A program made the translations under genes and the position numbers. Shown here in pieces: positions 1 to 8,508 of a DNA stretch of 64,000 nucleotides; the first letter of the stretch is position 1; each line of letters begins with the position of its first letter. The stretch is from Bdellovibrionota bacterium. Its GTDB lineage: Bacteria > Bdellovibrionota_C > UBA2361 > JBGSMV01. The DNA lies in assembly GCA_041739995.1 (NCBI GenBank), contig JBGSMV010000040.1, positions 64,001-128,000 on the forward strand. Reading direction: 5' to 3'. A model generated the notes under the pieces. That model was not told the origin of the DNA and did not search any database. It worked only from the letters and a program-made list of their open reading frames with translations.

Positions 1-914
1 AGAGTCACCGGGATGCCTCTCGATTCTGCAAGCGCAGCAACTCGCAACACCTCATCAGGACCCCCGACCCGCTGAGGCTTGAGCACCAACACATCCGCCG
101 CTGAAAGCCGTAGAATTTCTTGGGCCGCCGCTCGATCTCTACATGGCGCGTCCAGTGCGATGCGGATAGGACTCTTAGGTCTAAGCGTCGCATAGTCCTC
201 AAGCGAAGCTGCAAGAGGAAGCGGATCTTCTACATACTCAATATTCAACTCGCTGTACCTGTTAAGTAACTCGCTGCATTGATGAGCACCCCAACAACCG
301 TTCGGATCCAATCGGATTTTCATTGTAGGATATTCACGACGAATCGCCAGGACTCGTTCGAAGTCAGCAACTTCTTCCCCTAATAGCTTCACTTTCACTG
401 TTTCGATACCGCACGCTTGAGCCGTTCTCGATTTCTCAAGAGCCGCGGCCAGATCCTGTTCTGCCACCAGCGCGTTAATGGGAATGTTCTTAGAATAATC
501 CGCACGCCCTAACGAGGACAGTACTTGCGCAAGATCTACTCCTTGAGACCGCGCCTGGGCGCTCGCAAAGGCTGAGATCATTCCACAGCGCACTCGTAGT
601 CCGACGGGACTGAGTGGCTGAATGTTTACGTGTAGATCCACTAGCTCCGCGCTGAGCTTTGCTTCAGGGTCACCGCCGCTTGACCAAGTCTCCGCGAGCA
701 GGCCCATTTGTCGTTCGACCTCCACTCGATCCAGCTTCTGTCCTGGAGGGAATGCAATCTCACCCAATCCGAGTGTTCCTGACGACAGCGTGGCGCGAAC
801 AATCGCAAGCTCTCTGACAAAAACTTTTCCCGGCGCCCAATGATAAGGATTTCTGAGTGGCAAAGAAGCCCAATGCAGAGAGTAAGGTCCGATCTGAAAG
901 TCGCCGCTATTCAC
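1..914 (-). CDS. menC: o-succinylbenzoate synthase (enolase superfamily), truncated by the window edge; absent from the ORF track
   Basis: Manual minus-strand translation from GTG at 914 is open to the edge: VNSGDFQIGPYSLHWASLPLRNPY...NIPINALV...TVKVKL (KxK)...IRLDPNG...IEYVEDP...IALDAP...VLVLKPQRVGG. These are the enolase-superfamily D/E/D metal ligands and catalytic Lys residues. The men operon in this window lacks menC. Confidence 0.8.
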   Translation of the reverse strand, partial: MNSGDFQIGPYSLHWASLPLRNPYHWAPGKVFVRELAIVRATLSSGTLGLGEIAFPPGQKLDRVEVERQMGLLAETWSSGGDPEAKLSAELVDLHVNIQPLSPVGLRVRCGMISAFASAQARSQGVDLAQVLSSLGRADYSKNIPINALVAEQDLAAALEKSRTAQACGIETVKVKLLGEEVADFERVLAIRREYPTMKIRLDPNGCWGAHQCSELLNRYSELNIEYVEDPLPLAASLEDYATLRPKSPIRIALDAPCRDRAAAQEILRLSAADVLVLKPQRVGGPDEVLRVAALAESRGIPVT

Positions 915-918
915 CGTC

Positions 919-2706
919 TTAAGAGAACCACTCATTCGATGGGGCGCGTTCCCCAAACGGAGGCTGGCCGTCCTGGGCCATACCGTCTCTGGTAATACGT
1001 CGAAGGGCGATACTCCTGATATGGTGCGGCATCTTAGGGCTGTAGGCTATTTGGCGAATACCTTCCTCACGACCTGCCTGGTGCAAGGCCGAGATTGCAA
1101 ACTCCGCCAAGCGCGGAGAAACCGACCCAAATCCTCCATGCAGCACGCGCAAACAGGTAGGAATACCTTCAGAAAAATGGGGAGACGCTGCGGCATACAC
1201 TTCGGCAGCCGCCTCCTGCACCGCAGGCCATTCAGAACGCATTAACTCACAGACTGCTTCGACATGGACAGGATAAAAATGACGAAGATTTTTTTTCAAT
1301 CCAGAGACACACGCGGCGAGACGCCCGGAGTCATGCGGTTCTGTAGTAGCCTCGAGCTCCCCCAGCAACACAGGCACTACGATAGCATCATCGAGTTGCT
1401 GCAGGATTCGTACCCCTACCAAGGGAGCTCGCACTCCGCCTGAGAGCCCCTGCACTCCATTCGAGATGGCGTGTCCGCCAGAAGAGACCTTCGCGGCATC
1501 CATCCAGCGAAGCAAAGGAACGGTAATCTCCGTACCACGCCGATTGGCCTCCACTAAACTTTGAGCGACTCTTTCTCGAAAACTAACATTCTGATGGCCT
1601 AGCGCATCAACCACAAAACCAACACGCCTGGCGCTATACTGAGAGAGCAATGCCCGAACCGCCTCACCACCAAGCGCAAATGCCTCAGGGTAGCGCTGCG
1701 GATCTTGCATACTGTTTCGTGCAGGCACGCTCGCAATTACTTTCTTTAGATACTCACAGGCCAGGGGCTCACCATCACCTGAGGAAACAACCCCAAGGAC
1801 AGCCACGGCTATAGTTCGCACTGCAGAAGTATTTTCTCTTTCCGAAATGGCAATTTTTCCAAAATAATGGACCGCCTCTATCCCTTGTCGAGCTTCGAGC
1901 GCCTGAAACGCTATCGCACAGCGGTCAAGACTAGGCGGGCCGTCGCTCTTCTCGGGGTGAAGGGCTACTTGAGCCAGTAGTCGCCGAATGCGCTTGCCGT
2001 CGACTCCAAGCGCATCAGCCAGACGTATAGAAGCGGACACTCCATCAGGATTCGCACTCCCCGCTATCCCTCCGCGATGGGAAAGAAAGTCCTCAATCAG
2101 CCGCTCGGGACGAACCCCCTGGGCACGAACCGCAGCATGAACGTTCGCTTTCTCTGAAGGTTGCAGCGCATATTCTGCCAGGGCATCAACAGCCAGCGCG
2201 CGAACTGAAGCCGACTTATCCCGAATTGCTGCAGAGGCCAAAGCTCCAATGAGCTCTGCAGCCACGGAAGACGCAGGCACCACTCCCTGCATCGCTGCAT
2301 CTCGGGTGGCTCGGACCATGGCACTTCGAGCCACGTCGTTCGAATTCCCGCGAATGATATTTGCTGAGAATGATGAGGGTCCCAGGCTGGGCAGAACTAC
2401 CTCAGTAAGTTCTTCACTGAGACTACTCGGCACCCCAGGAGGCGCGACAAGTTCCTCTAAGGGGCCATAGAATCCCGCGCCACCTCGCAGCAGCTCCTGC
2501 GTCAACACTCCCCCGCCCTCCTTGCCCAGCGGCCTGGACTCACTTCGGCCGGCAAGATAGGCAAGCGTGCTCGGTTTGAGATCTGCTGCATTTCCACTCT
2601 CGAGCCTAGCTTCATTAAGAAACCTAGTGTTGGCAGACAGCTCACCTTTCGACGGATGAGAGTCACCTTCACGAGAATTCCTGAACTGGAAGAAGTTGGC
2701 GATCAT
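919..2706 (-). CDS. Hypothetical protein with HEAT/armadillo-like helical repeats
   Basis: 595-aa ORF with repeated VRxxAxxAL-type segments (SVRALAVDALAE, AVRTIAVAVLG, SFRERVAQSL, AVQEAAAEV) and a low-complexity N-terminus. Confidence 0.6.
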   Translation of the reverse strand: MIANFFQFRNSREGDSHPSKGELSANTRFLNEARLESGNAADLKPSTLAYLAGRSESRPLGKEGGGVLTQELLRGGAGFYGPLEELVAPPGVPSSLSEELTEVVLPSLGPSSFSANIIRGNSNDVARSAMVRATRDAAMQGVVPASSVAAELIGALASAAIRDKSASVRALAVDALAEYALQPSEKANVHAAVRAQGVRPERLIEDFLSHRGGIAGSANPDGVSASIRLADALGVDGKRIRRLLAQVALHPEKSDGPPSLDRCAIAFQALEARQGIEAVHYFGKIAISERENTSAVRTIAVAVLGVVSSGDGEPLACEYLKKVIASVPARNSMQDPQRYPEAFALGGEAVRALLSQYSARRVGFVVDALGHQNVSFRERVAQSLVEANRRGTEITVPLLRWMDAAKVSSGGHAISNGVQGLSGGVRAPLVGVRILQQLDDAIVVPVLLGELEATTEPHDSGRLAACVSGLKKNLRHFYPVHVEAVCELMRSEWPAVQEAAAEVYAAASPHFSEGIPTCLRVLHGGFGSVSPRLAEFAISALHQAGREEGIRQIAYSPKMPHHIRSIALRRITRDGMAQDGQPPFGERAPSNEWFS

Positions 2707-2998
2707 AGCTCGCTCAAGTACCGTCTAAGCATTAGAAGTTCTAATGCGTTGAAATAGAGAGGGAATTAATGATACTTCCGCACGGCGGCGTTTCTCAAGG
2801 GTAGAATCAGGCCACTCCCCAGACCGATCTCCAGAGCACTATTTCACAGTATCTACAGTGGGTTGGGGCTGGGAAAAAGGGCACCAGTGCAACGGCAACT
2901 TACGGCACAAGGCGGTCTGACCCTCTCGTTTGAGCCCTTCGCAAGTTCCCCTTCGCAAGTTCTCTGAGTAATGGGGCTGGGTCTAAAGACAGAGGACA

Positions 2999-4654
2999 CT
3001 ACTCCCGATATTCGTCATCTAGAAAGATCCAGCGGGCCACTTCCAGCCGATGACTATGCAGGGCCAGCGCATACTCCTGCTTACGCACCAGGCTATCCGG
3101 TCCATTCATCACCATTTGAATTTTTCGATCGGGGACATGCTGCACTACCAGAGACATCGCCGCATCGTAGTCGCGGGAATCATAGGGCAGCCCAAGTCGT
3201 CGGTACGTCTCATCAGATGAATCTGCAACCGCCCTCTCCCTAAACATGCGGTCAGTAGCATGCGCGCCGAACCCGGCTCCACGTCCGTCATTATACAAAA
3301 GTACAATGACCCCATAGCCGTGGCGCATAATCATTTTAGCCGAAGCTTTTAACTTATCTCGGTTCTCTACGTCGTTGAGAGGAAAGCGATCGAAAATGGA
3401 CTCACTATGGATGCGTACAATTGGAATTCGAGGCGTCTTAAAAGATTCTCGATACCCGTGCGTGAGCACCACAAAATCTTGTCCCGTTGCAATGTCGTAG
3501 TACGCATGCACTTTGAACCAATAAGGCGAGGTCACAAAACGAACGATTTCGGCATGCTCTGGATTGTCTCTATACTCAGCAAAATTTCGCCGATCCATGC
3601 GAACAAGCATGCGCTGATCGTCAAGCTCCGCAATGTCCTTTATCAACGGTTTCGCGCCGCGCTGAAAGCTCGGAAGATCCACGAGCGCTCTGACCCGATC
3701 ATATTCAGCGCGCGAGACAATCACCTCCCCGTCCACTGGCTTCATGGGTAAGAAGTAACTTGCGCAGTAAATGAATCGATACGCACCTGGCAGAGCATAG
3801 GGATGAAAGACCGTCACCGGCTCTGGTGGGATCGCACTTCGAATCACGGACTCTGAACTTCTCTCAAGCGCATGCCCGCTCTGAGCTTTGGACTTTAGAT
3901 AAGCTAAGTTATAGGGACCCGGATCAAACTCAATCGTCTCAGTCCCATCAATCGACACCCCAAGCGCACGAAGCGCGCTCACCTTATCTGGGTTGTTGGT
4001 CAAAACGCGAAAAGAAGCCTTCACTCCGAGCAAATGGATAATCGAAGCTATGCCCTCATAGTTTCGATAATCCTTCTTGAGACCCATCGCTGCATAGGCT
4101 TCAAAGGTAGAGATTTCATCACGCCCCGCCTGCACCAACATGCGGTCCCGCGCCTTGGCCACGTACCCTACGCCACGACCTTCTTGAATCAGATAGAAAA
4201 GTACCCCGGCTCCCTTCTCGGCAATGCGACGCAAGGCCCCTTCGAGCTGCTTAGAGCAGTCACAATCACAACCACGGAGCGTCTCGCTGGTGACGCACGA
4301 CGAGTGTAGCCGTGTGTAGAGCACTTTCGCGCTATGAATATCTCCGTGAGTCAGGGCAAGAATGTAGCCCTTATGAATGAGGTCCTGAAAAACATAGGCG
4401 TGGAATTTCCCCATGCGCATTTCCAACGAGCAACTCGCGATGAAGAGCGTCGTTCCGTAATGCGGCCGTTGGTTCAAGTCGGGTTCAGTCTGCACTGAGC
4501 CACCACTCGTCATCGAAGCAAGCGCCTCCCGAATAGCAGCTTGAACTTCCAAACCTGAAGATCCCCCTGCCTCAACTCCATTAGCCTTAGATTGCTCGGA
4601 CTCCGTGGCGTTCTCTCTAGAGTCAGCGCTCGCTTTCTTCACCTTCTTTTCCAC
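2999..4654 (-). CDS. GTP cyclohydrolase II-like protein with two tandem RibA domains, the second degenerate
   Basis: Domain 1 has RLHSSC...GCDCDC, QEGRGVG, DYRNY, LTNNPDK, YLKSK. Domain 2 has RIHSES, DGRGAG, DSRDY but no Zn-binding cysteines. Confidence 0.85.
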   Translation of the reverse strand: MEKKVKKASADSRENATESEQSKANGVEAGGSSGLEVQAAIREALASMTSGGSVQTEPDLNQRPHYGTTLFIASCSLEMRMGKFHAYVFQDLIHKGYILALTHGDIHSAKVLYTRLHSSCVTSETLRGCDCDCSKQLEGALRRIAEKGAGVLFYLIQEGRGVGYVAKARDRMLVQAGRDEISTFEAYAAMGLKKDYRNYEGIASIIHLLGVKASFRVLTNNPDKVSALRALGVSIDGTETIEFDPGPYNLAYLKSKAQSGHALERSSESVIRSAIPPEPVTVFHPYALPGAYRFIYCASYFLPMKPVDGEVIVSRAEYDRVRALVDLPSFQRGAKPLIKDIAELDDQRMLVRMDRRNFAEYRDNPEHAEIVRFVTSPYWFKVHAYYDIATGQDFVVLTHGYRESFKTPRIPIVRIHSESIFDRFPLNDVENRDKLKASAKMIMRHGYGVIVLLYNDGRGAGFGAHATDRMFRERAVADSSDETYRRLGLPYDSRDYDAAMSLVVQHVPDRKIQMVMNGPDSLVRKQEYALALHSHRLEVARWIFLDDEYRE

Positions 4655-4908
4655 CTTCTCGCTCTACTATTCGGTCCAAACGTTTTATCTGAGTCCACCC
4701 TACTCCGAGTGTCGCGACTCCGCAGGAGTGCCCCTGGCCCAACATGCAGAGAACACTCTACCTCCAAATCATTGAAGAACCCAGCCATGCGGTCGCGAGA
4801 ACTCTTGGTGAATCGCATGCGCCGATTGCCGAGACAGCCCCAGCTCCTTCCCGTTGCTCTTAACTAATGGGACTAGAATAGCTCGGCTTGGGGGGAGAGG
4901 TTTGAGGC

Positions 4909-5733
4909 CTAAGAATCGATTAGCGCCTGTCGGCTAACCACCTGCCTGATTCCATCGAACCCCGGTATCGGCATCTTAATTTTAGCAATTCGGCTTCCGA
5001 CCTGGGCAAGCGCGTTCGCATTGGAGAAACTAAAGAGCTGGAATTTTTCTTTTGGCCAGCGGCGTTTAAAGAATCGCAGCGAATCAGCATACGCCAAGTC
5101 AAAGGCTCTAAATCCGTATTGCTCCACAAGCATAGGTATCGCAGCGAGGCGATAAGGAGTCTTATCCATGCGACTGGGCATCGCGACTGCCTGATGCGCA
5201 TCGACCACACGCAAAATTTCTTGTAACGACACAGTCACGCAGAAGGAGCGGCTACCAAAAGCACTCTCAGGTACTTTAATTTCCTTCAAGAAGTCTTCAA
5301 TGCGCGCACCGCTGTAACATTCAGGGAACAGACAGGTCAGGATTATATCATTACAGCTGGGAATCGCTGCGCGAATCACCACTCCGGGGACTACTGTAAG
5401 CGCAGTGCCTCTGGCTGCATCAACTACTCGATCAATGAACTTGCCACTATAGAAATCAGTAACTCCAATGACGTCCAGGCCCTTCACTTTCGCGAGGCGC
5501 ACCAGCGCAGGCGCCGTATCCAGGCCCTCCACGCCTAGGTATCCCAGAGAAGCGGGACTGTGGATCCTGAGATCCATTACATAGCTCTTTTGGCGAGTTT
5601 TGGTCTTCAGCGCTTGCGCGCTGTCACCTACGTCGGCGCCCACTTCAGCAGCCGCATTTTCTTGCCCGATCTCACCCGGCTCAAGCACCGAAGTTTCAAC
5701 TTGATCGCTAAGACCGGAACGCTTTGCTGTCAT
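4909..5733 (-). CDS. PHP-fold protein with degenerate metal ligands
   Basis: DLRIHSPAS...KGLDVIGVTDF...VVPGVVI...FSNAN follows the PHP motif layout. Start moved to ATG 5733 because the longer ORF-track start overlaps the upstream gene. Confidence 0.75.
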   Translation of the reverse strand: MTAKRSGLSDQVETSVLEPGEIGQENAAAEVGADVGDSAQALKTKTRQKSYVMDLRIHSPASLGYLGVEGLDTAPALVRLAKVKGLDVIGVTDFYSGKFIDRVVDAARGTALTVVPGVVIRAAIPSCNDIILTCLFPECYSGARIEDFLKEIKVPESAFGSRSFCVTVSLQEILRVVDAHQAVAMPSRMDKTPYRLAAIPMLVEQYGFRAFDLAYADSLRFFKRRWPKEKFQLFSFSNANALAQVGSRIAKIKMPIPGFDGIRQVVSRQALIDS

Positions 5734-5785
5734 AATTTGCCTTAAAAAGTGTCGGATAGCGGCCCAGTGACCGTCTTCCTTAGAG

Positions 5786-6259
5786 CTATTCTGCCGCTGG
5801 CGGTTCAGGATGTGCTGCCGGTTCGGGGGTCGGCGCTGGAGCTGGCTCAGGAGCTGCTTTGGGTGCCGCCTCCTTTGCTGGCGCTGGGGCTTTACTAGGC
5901 ACACCAGAAAGCGCCTCACGAATAGAAGTGCGAAGCGCTCCGATTTGGACATCAATACGTTCCAAATCTGCTCCACTTGCCAAACTTCCCACCGCAGTAA
6001 GCGTTTTCTCTACTCGGACCTGCATGAGATTTAGTTTGTTGATAAGTAAATCAACCTTGCCTTCGACTAACGTCAAATCTGTCTGCGTCGCCACGCCAAG
6101 TAAGCGTGCAACCGCGGAGACCGGCATATCTGTTCTGTTGCCTTCAGCTGATTTGCCACTTCGCTGATCACTGGTCACCACCTCGGTTTCCTTCTTGGCC
6201 ACTGTGGCCTCGGATTCCGCTGTTTGACCTTTTTCGTCTGATGCGTTTGTTGCCGTCAT
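5786..6259 (-). CDS. Hypothetical protein with a coiled-coil core and a Pro/Ala-rich C-terminal tail
   Basis: 157-aa ORF, heptad-like LVEGKVDLLINKLNLMQVRVEK, PAPA-rich tail, same strand as its neighbours. Confidence 0.7.
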   Translation of the reverse strand: MTATNASDEKGQTAESEATVAKKETEVVTSDQRSGKSAEGNRTDMPVSAVARLLGVATQTDLTLVEGKVDLLINKLNLMQVRVEKTLTAVGSLASGADLERIDVQIGALRTSIREALSGVPSKAPAPAKEAAPKAAPEPAPAPTPEPAAHPEPPAAE

Positions 6260-6612
6260 ACAAAAATCACAGTGATGCTGTGCCCTTTCACCTAAAGTCC
6301 CCTAAGAACCAACGCCACTACAGTTTCAAATTAGAGTCAGCGCCGGTGAGGTCTCAACTTCGGCCATATCAACCACGCGATATAACCGCTCGACTGGTCT
6401 ATTGTTTGGCACACGAGCGAACAAACTCGCCTACCAACGACTGCCTCGAGCAGAGATTGGGCCTCATGAAGTAGATGAAGTTATGGTCATTCTGGATTCA
6501 GAATGAGAACCAAAGAGAGGCCCGCAGACTAGTCGCAACGGACTTAAGCTGCGGTTAAAATTTAATTAAATCAAGGCGTTAGGAAAAGCGTGTCGACTTA
6601 GTGCGCCACTGA

Positions 6613-8052
6613 CTAGGAGTTAGCACCATCTTTAGGAGAGGCGCTGACTGGGTCGCCCGTGTGAACCACGCCTTCGACAGCACCTGGTCCCACCGGGACT
6701 CGATCTGGCAGCGAAGTCGATCTGCCTACCAGGCTAATTCGAATACTGGTGATTCGATTCTGTCGGACTTCCTCGACCTTTATCTGGTATCCATCCCATC
6801 GCATCGTTTCTCCGATCTTTGGAATGCGCCCGAGCGTACTGATGACAAACCCAGCTATCGTATCGTAGTGCCCTTTGGGGATGCCGATTCCATGTTGAGA
6901 ATTCAGATCATCAATCATGGTACTCCCGTCAACGAGCAACTCCCCGGATTTGGTTCTCTGAATATCCACATCATCGATGGGACTATCGAACTCATCAAAG
7001 ATCTCACCCACGATCTCCTCGACAAGGTCTTCAATAGTGATCACCCCATCGACTCCTCCGTGCTCATCGAGCACCACGGCGAAGTGTACGGCCTCCCGTC
7101 GAAGCTCGGCGAGCAGATCGTCAACCTTCTTGGTGTTGGGAACAAATAAAGCCGGCCGAACAAATTGCTTCAAGTCAAAATTTGGATCTTCTCGCCCCAC
7201 TAAGAACATTAAATCCTTGGCCAAAAGCACGCCCTTTACGTCATCAAGGTCGCTGCCTGTAACAAGCACTCGCGAAATTCTCTCTTTCACGAAAGTCTGG
7301 ACTACTGATGCAAGTGATGTGGCCTCAGAAACCGCGATAATATCCTTGCGGGGCGTCATCACTTCTCGAGTAATCGTATCCGAGAAAGTAAAGACGTGCT
7401 GAATCATCTCGCGCTCGTCTTCGTCAATCTGACCAGCCTTACTACTCATCTCAACAATTTCGTTAATCTCTTCAGAAGAGACTGCCATCTCGCGCTCAAT
7501 AGGGATGCTCAAGCCCAAAGTCTTCAGCACTCGCCCGATTGTCGATTTAAGCAACCACACTACGGGCCACAATGCCCGCGTACTGCCCACCAAGGGAAGT
7601 GCCACGAGACACAGAGTGCGGTTGGGACGCGCGAAAGCGACTGCCTTGGCTACCTGAACAAACGAAAGCCCGACAATCGCCACGGCCGCCACGACTCCGA
7701 GAGAGATAACGAATTCCTGAAACTCTCCTTGAAGCGACAGCTTCGCACCTACCAGCGAGATGAATGACGCATCAAGCAACGCATCCGTCAGCAAGCCAGC
7801 GAAAAGCGCCGAGAGAAATGCACCGGTTTGCGACGCGAGCAAGTGCGCCTCTGCTTGAGAGAGCACAAGACGAGCATAGGTGGTTCCGGGATAGCCGTTG
7901 CGAGCTAGTTCCCTAACGCGCGTCGAGCGACTGCGAGTGATGGCGGTAAACGCCAGGATAAAAAAAGCATAGACCACCAGCGCCAGCAGCAGCGCGAGGA
8001 TAAATCCAATAATTGAAGAGGCTCTGAGGTCAGGCACTAGGATATGCCCCAC
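6613..8052 (-). CDS. Hemolysin-family CNNM/CBS/CorC membrane protein (Mg/Co transport related)
   Basis: N-terminal TM helices, REVMTPR, a CBS pair, VLDEHGGVDGVITIEDLVEEIVGEI, and a CorC_HlyC end (YDTIAGFV...LGRIP). Confidence 0.92.
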   Translation of the reverse strand: MGHILVPDLRASSIIGFILALLLALVVYAFFILAFTAITRSRSTRVRELARNGYPGTTYARLVLSQAEAHLLASQTGAFLSALFAGLLTDALLDASFISLVGAKLSLQGEFQEFVISLGVVAAVAIVGLSFVQVAKAVAFARPNRTLCLVALPLVGSTRALWPVVWLLKSTIGRVLKTLGLSIPIEREMAVSSEEINEIVEMSSKAGQIDEDEREMIQHVFTFSDTITREVMTPRKDIIAVSEATSLASVVQTFVKERISRVLVTGSDLDDVKGVLLAKDLMFLVGREDPNFDLKQFVRPALFVPNTKKVDDLLAELRREAVHFAVVLDEHGGVDGVITIEDLVEEIVGEIFDEFDSPIDDVDIQRTKSGELLVDGSTMIDDLNSQHGIGIPKGHYDTIAGFVISTLGRIPKIGETMRWDGYQIKVEEVRQNRITSIRISLVGRSTSLPDRVPVGPGAVEGVVHTGDPVSASPKDGANS

Positions 8053-8508
8053 AAATTACCGAGCGCCCTCGGCGCCGTATGGAAATGTACGAGTAACATC
8101 ATTGTTCGAATAGGATTGATATCTGACTACCTAAAAGTCGCTCCCCGCTCACCGCGGACGACAATCCTCAGGCTGCAACGCTTGAATGCCGTTGGCAAGC
8201 ACCGAAGAGCCCATCCTAGCGCGACAAGGGGCCGGCGTCACCGCCAAGCGGCAATCAAGCTGGTGGGAGAGCCTCAAACCGGCTCCAAGCCCAGTCCAGG
8301 GCACGCTTAAAGCCAGAAAGGCTCTCGCACTAACTAGCCGGAAGCGCCCGCGCCAACCAATAACCACTACAAAACTTTTCGCCAAACTGCACCCTACCCA
8401 TCGAGCGATTAATCTACTGGGCGCAGTCGACCCCGGTGAGTTAAGCTAAAGTACCCTTGAAAGGCGCGCCGCAAGCGGCGTCAAATTCGATCGGAGCTCG
8501 ACTGCGTT

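Noticed and set aside
5734..5976. N-terminal extension of the PHP ORF given in the ORF track
   Set aside because: It overlaps the 5786..6259 gene in another frame and reads as shadow sequence; ATG 5733 fits better.
8044..8449. Short ORFs between the CNNM and Fe-S oxidoreductase genes
   Set aside because: No motifs or ribosome-binding sites; the region is better explained as a divergent promoter gap.
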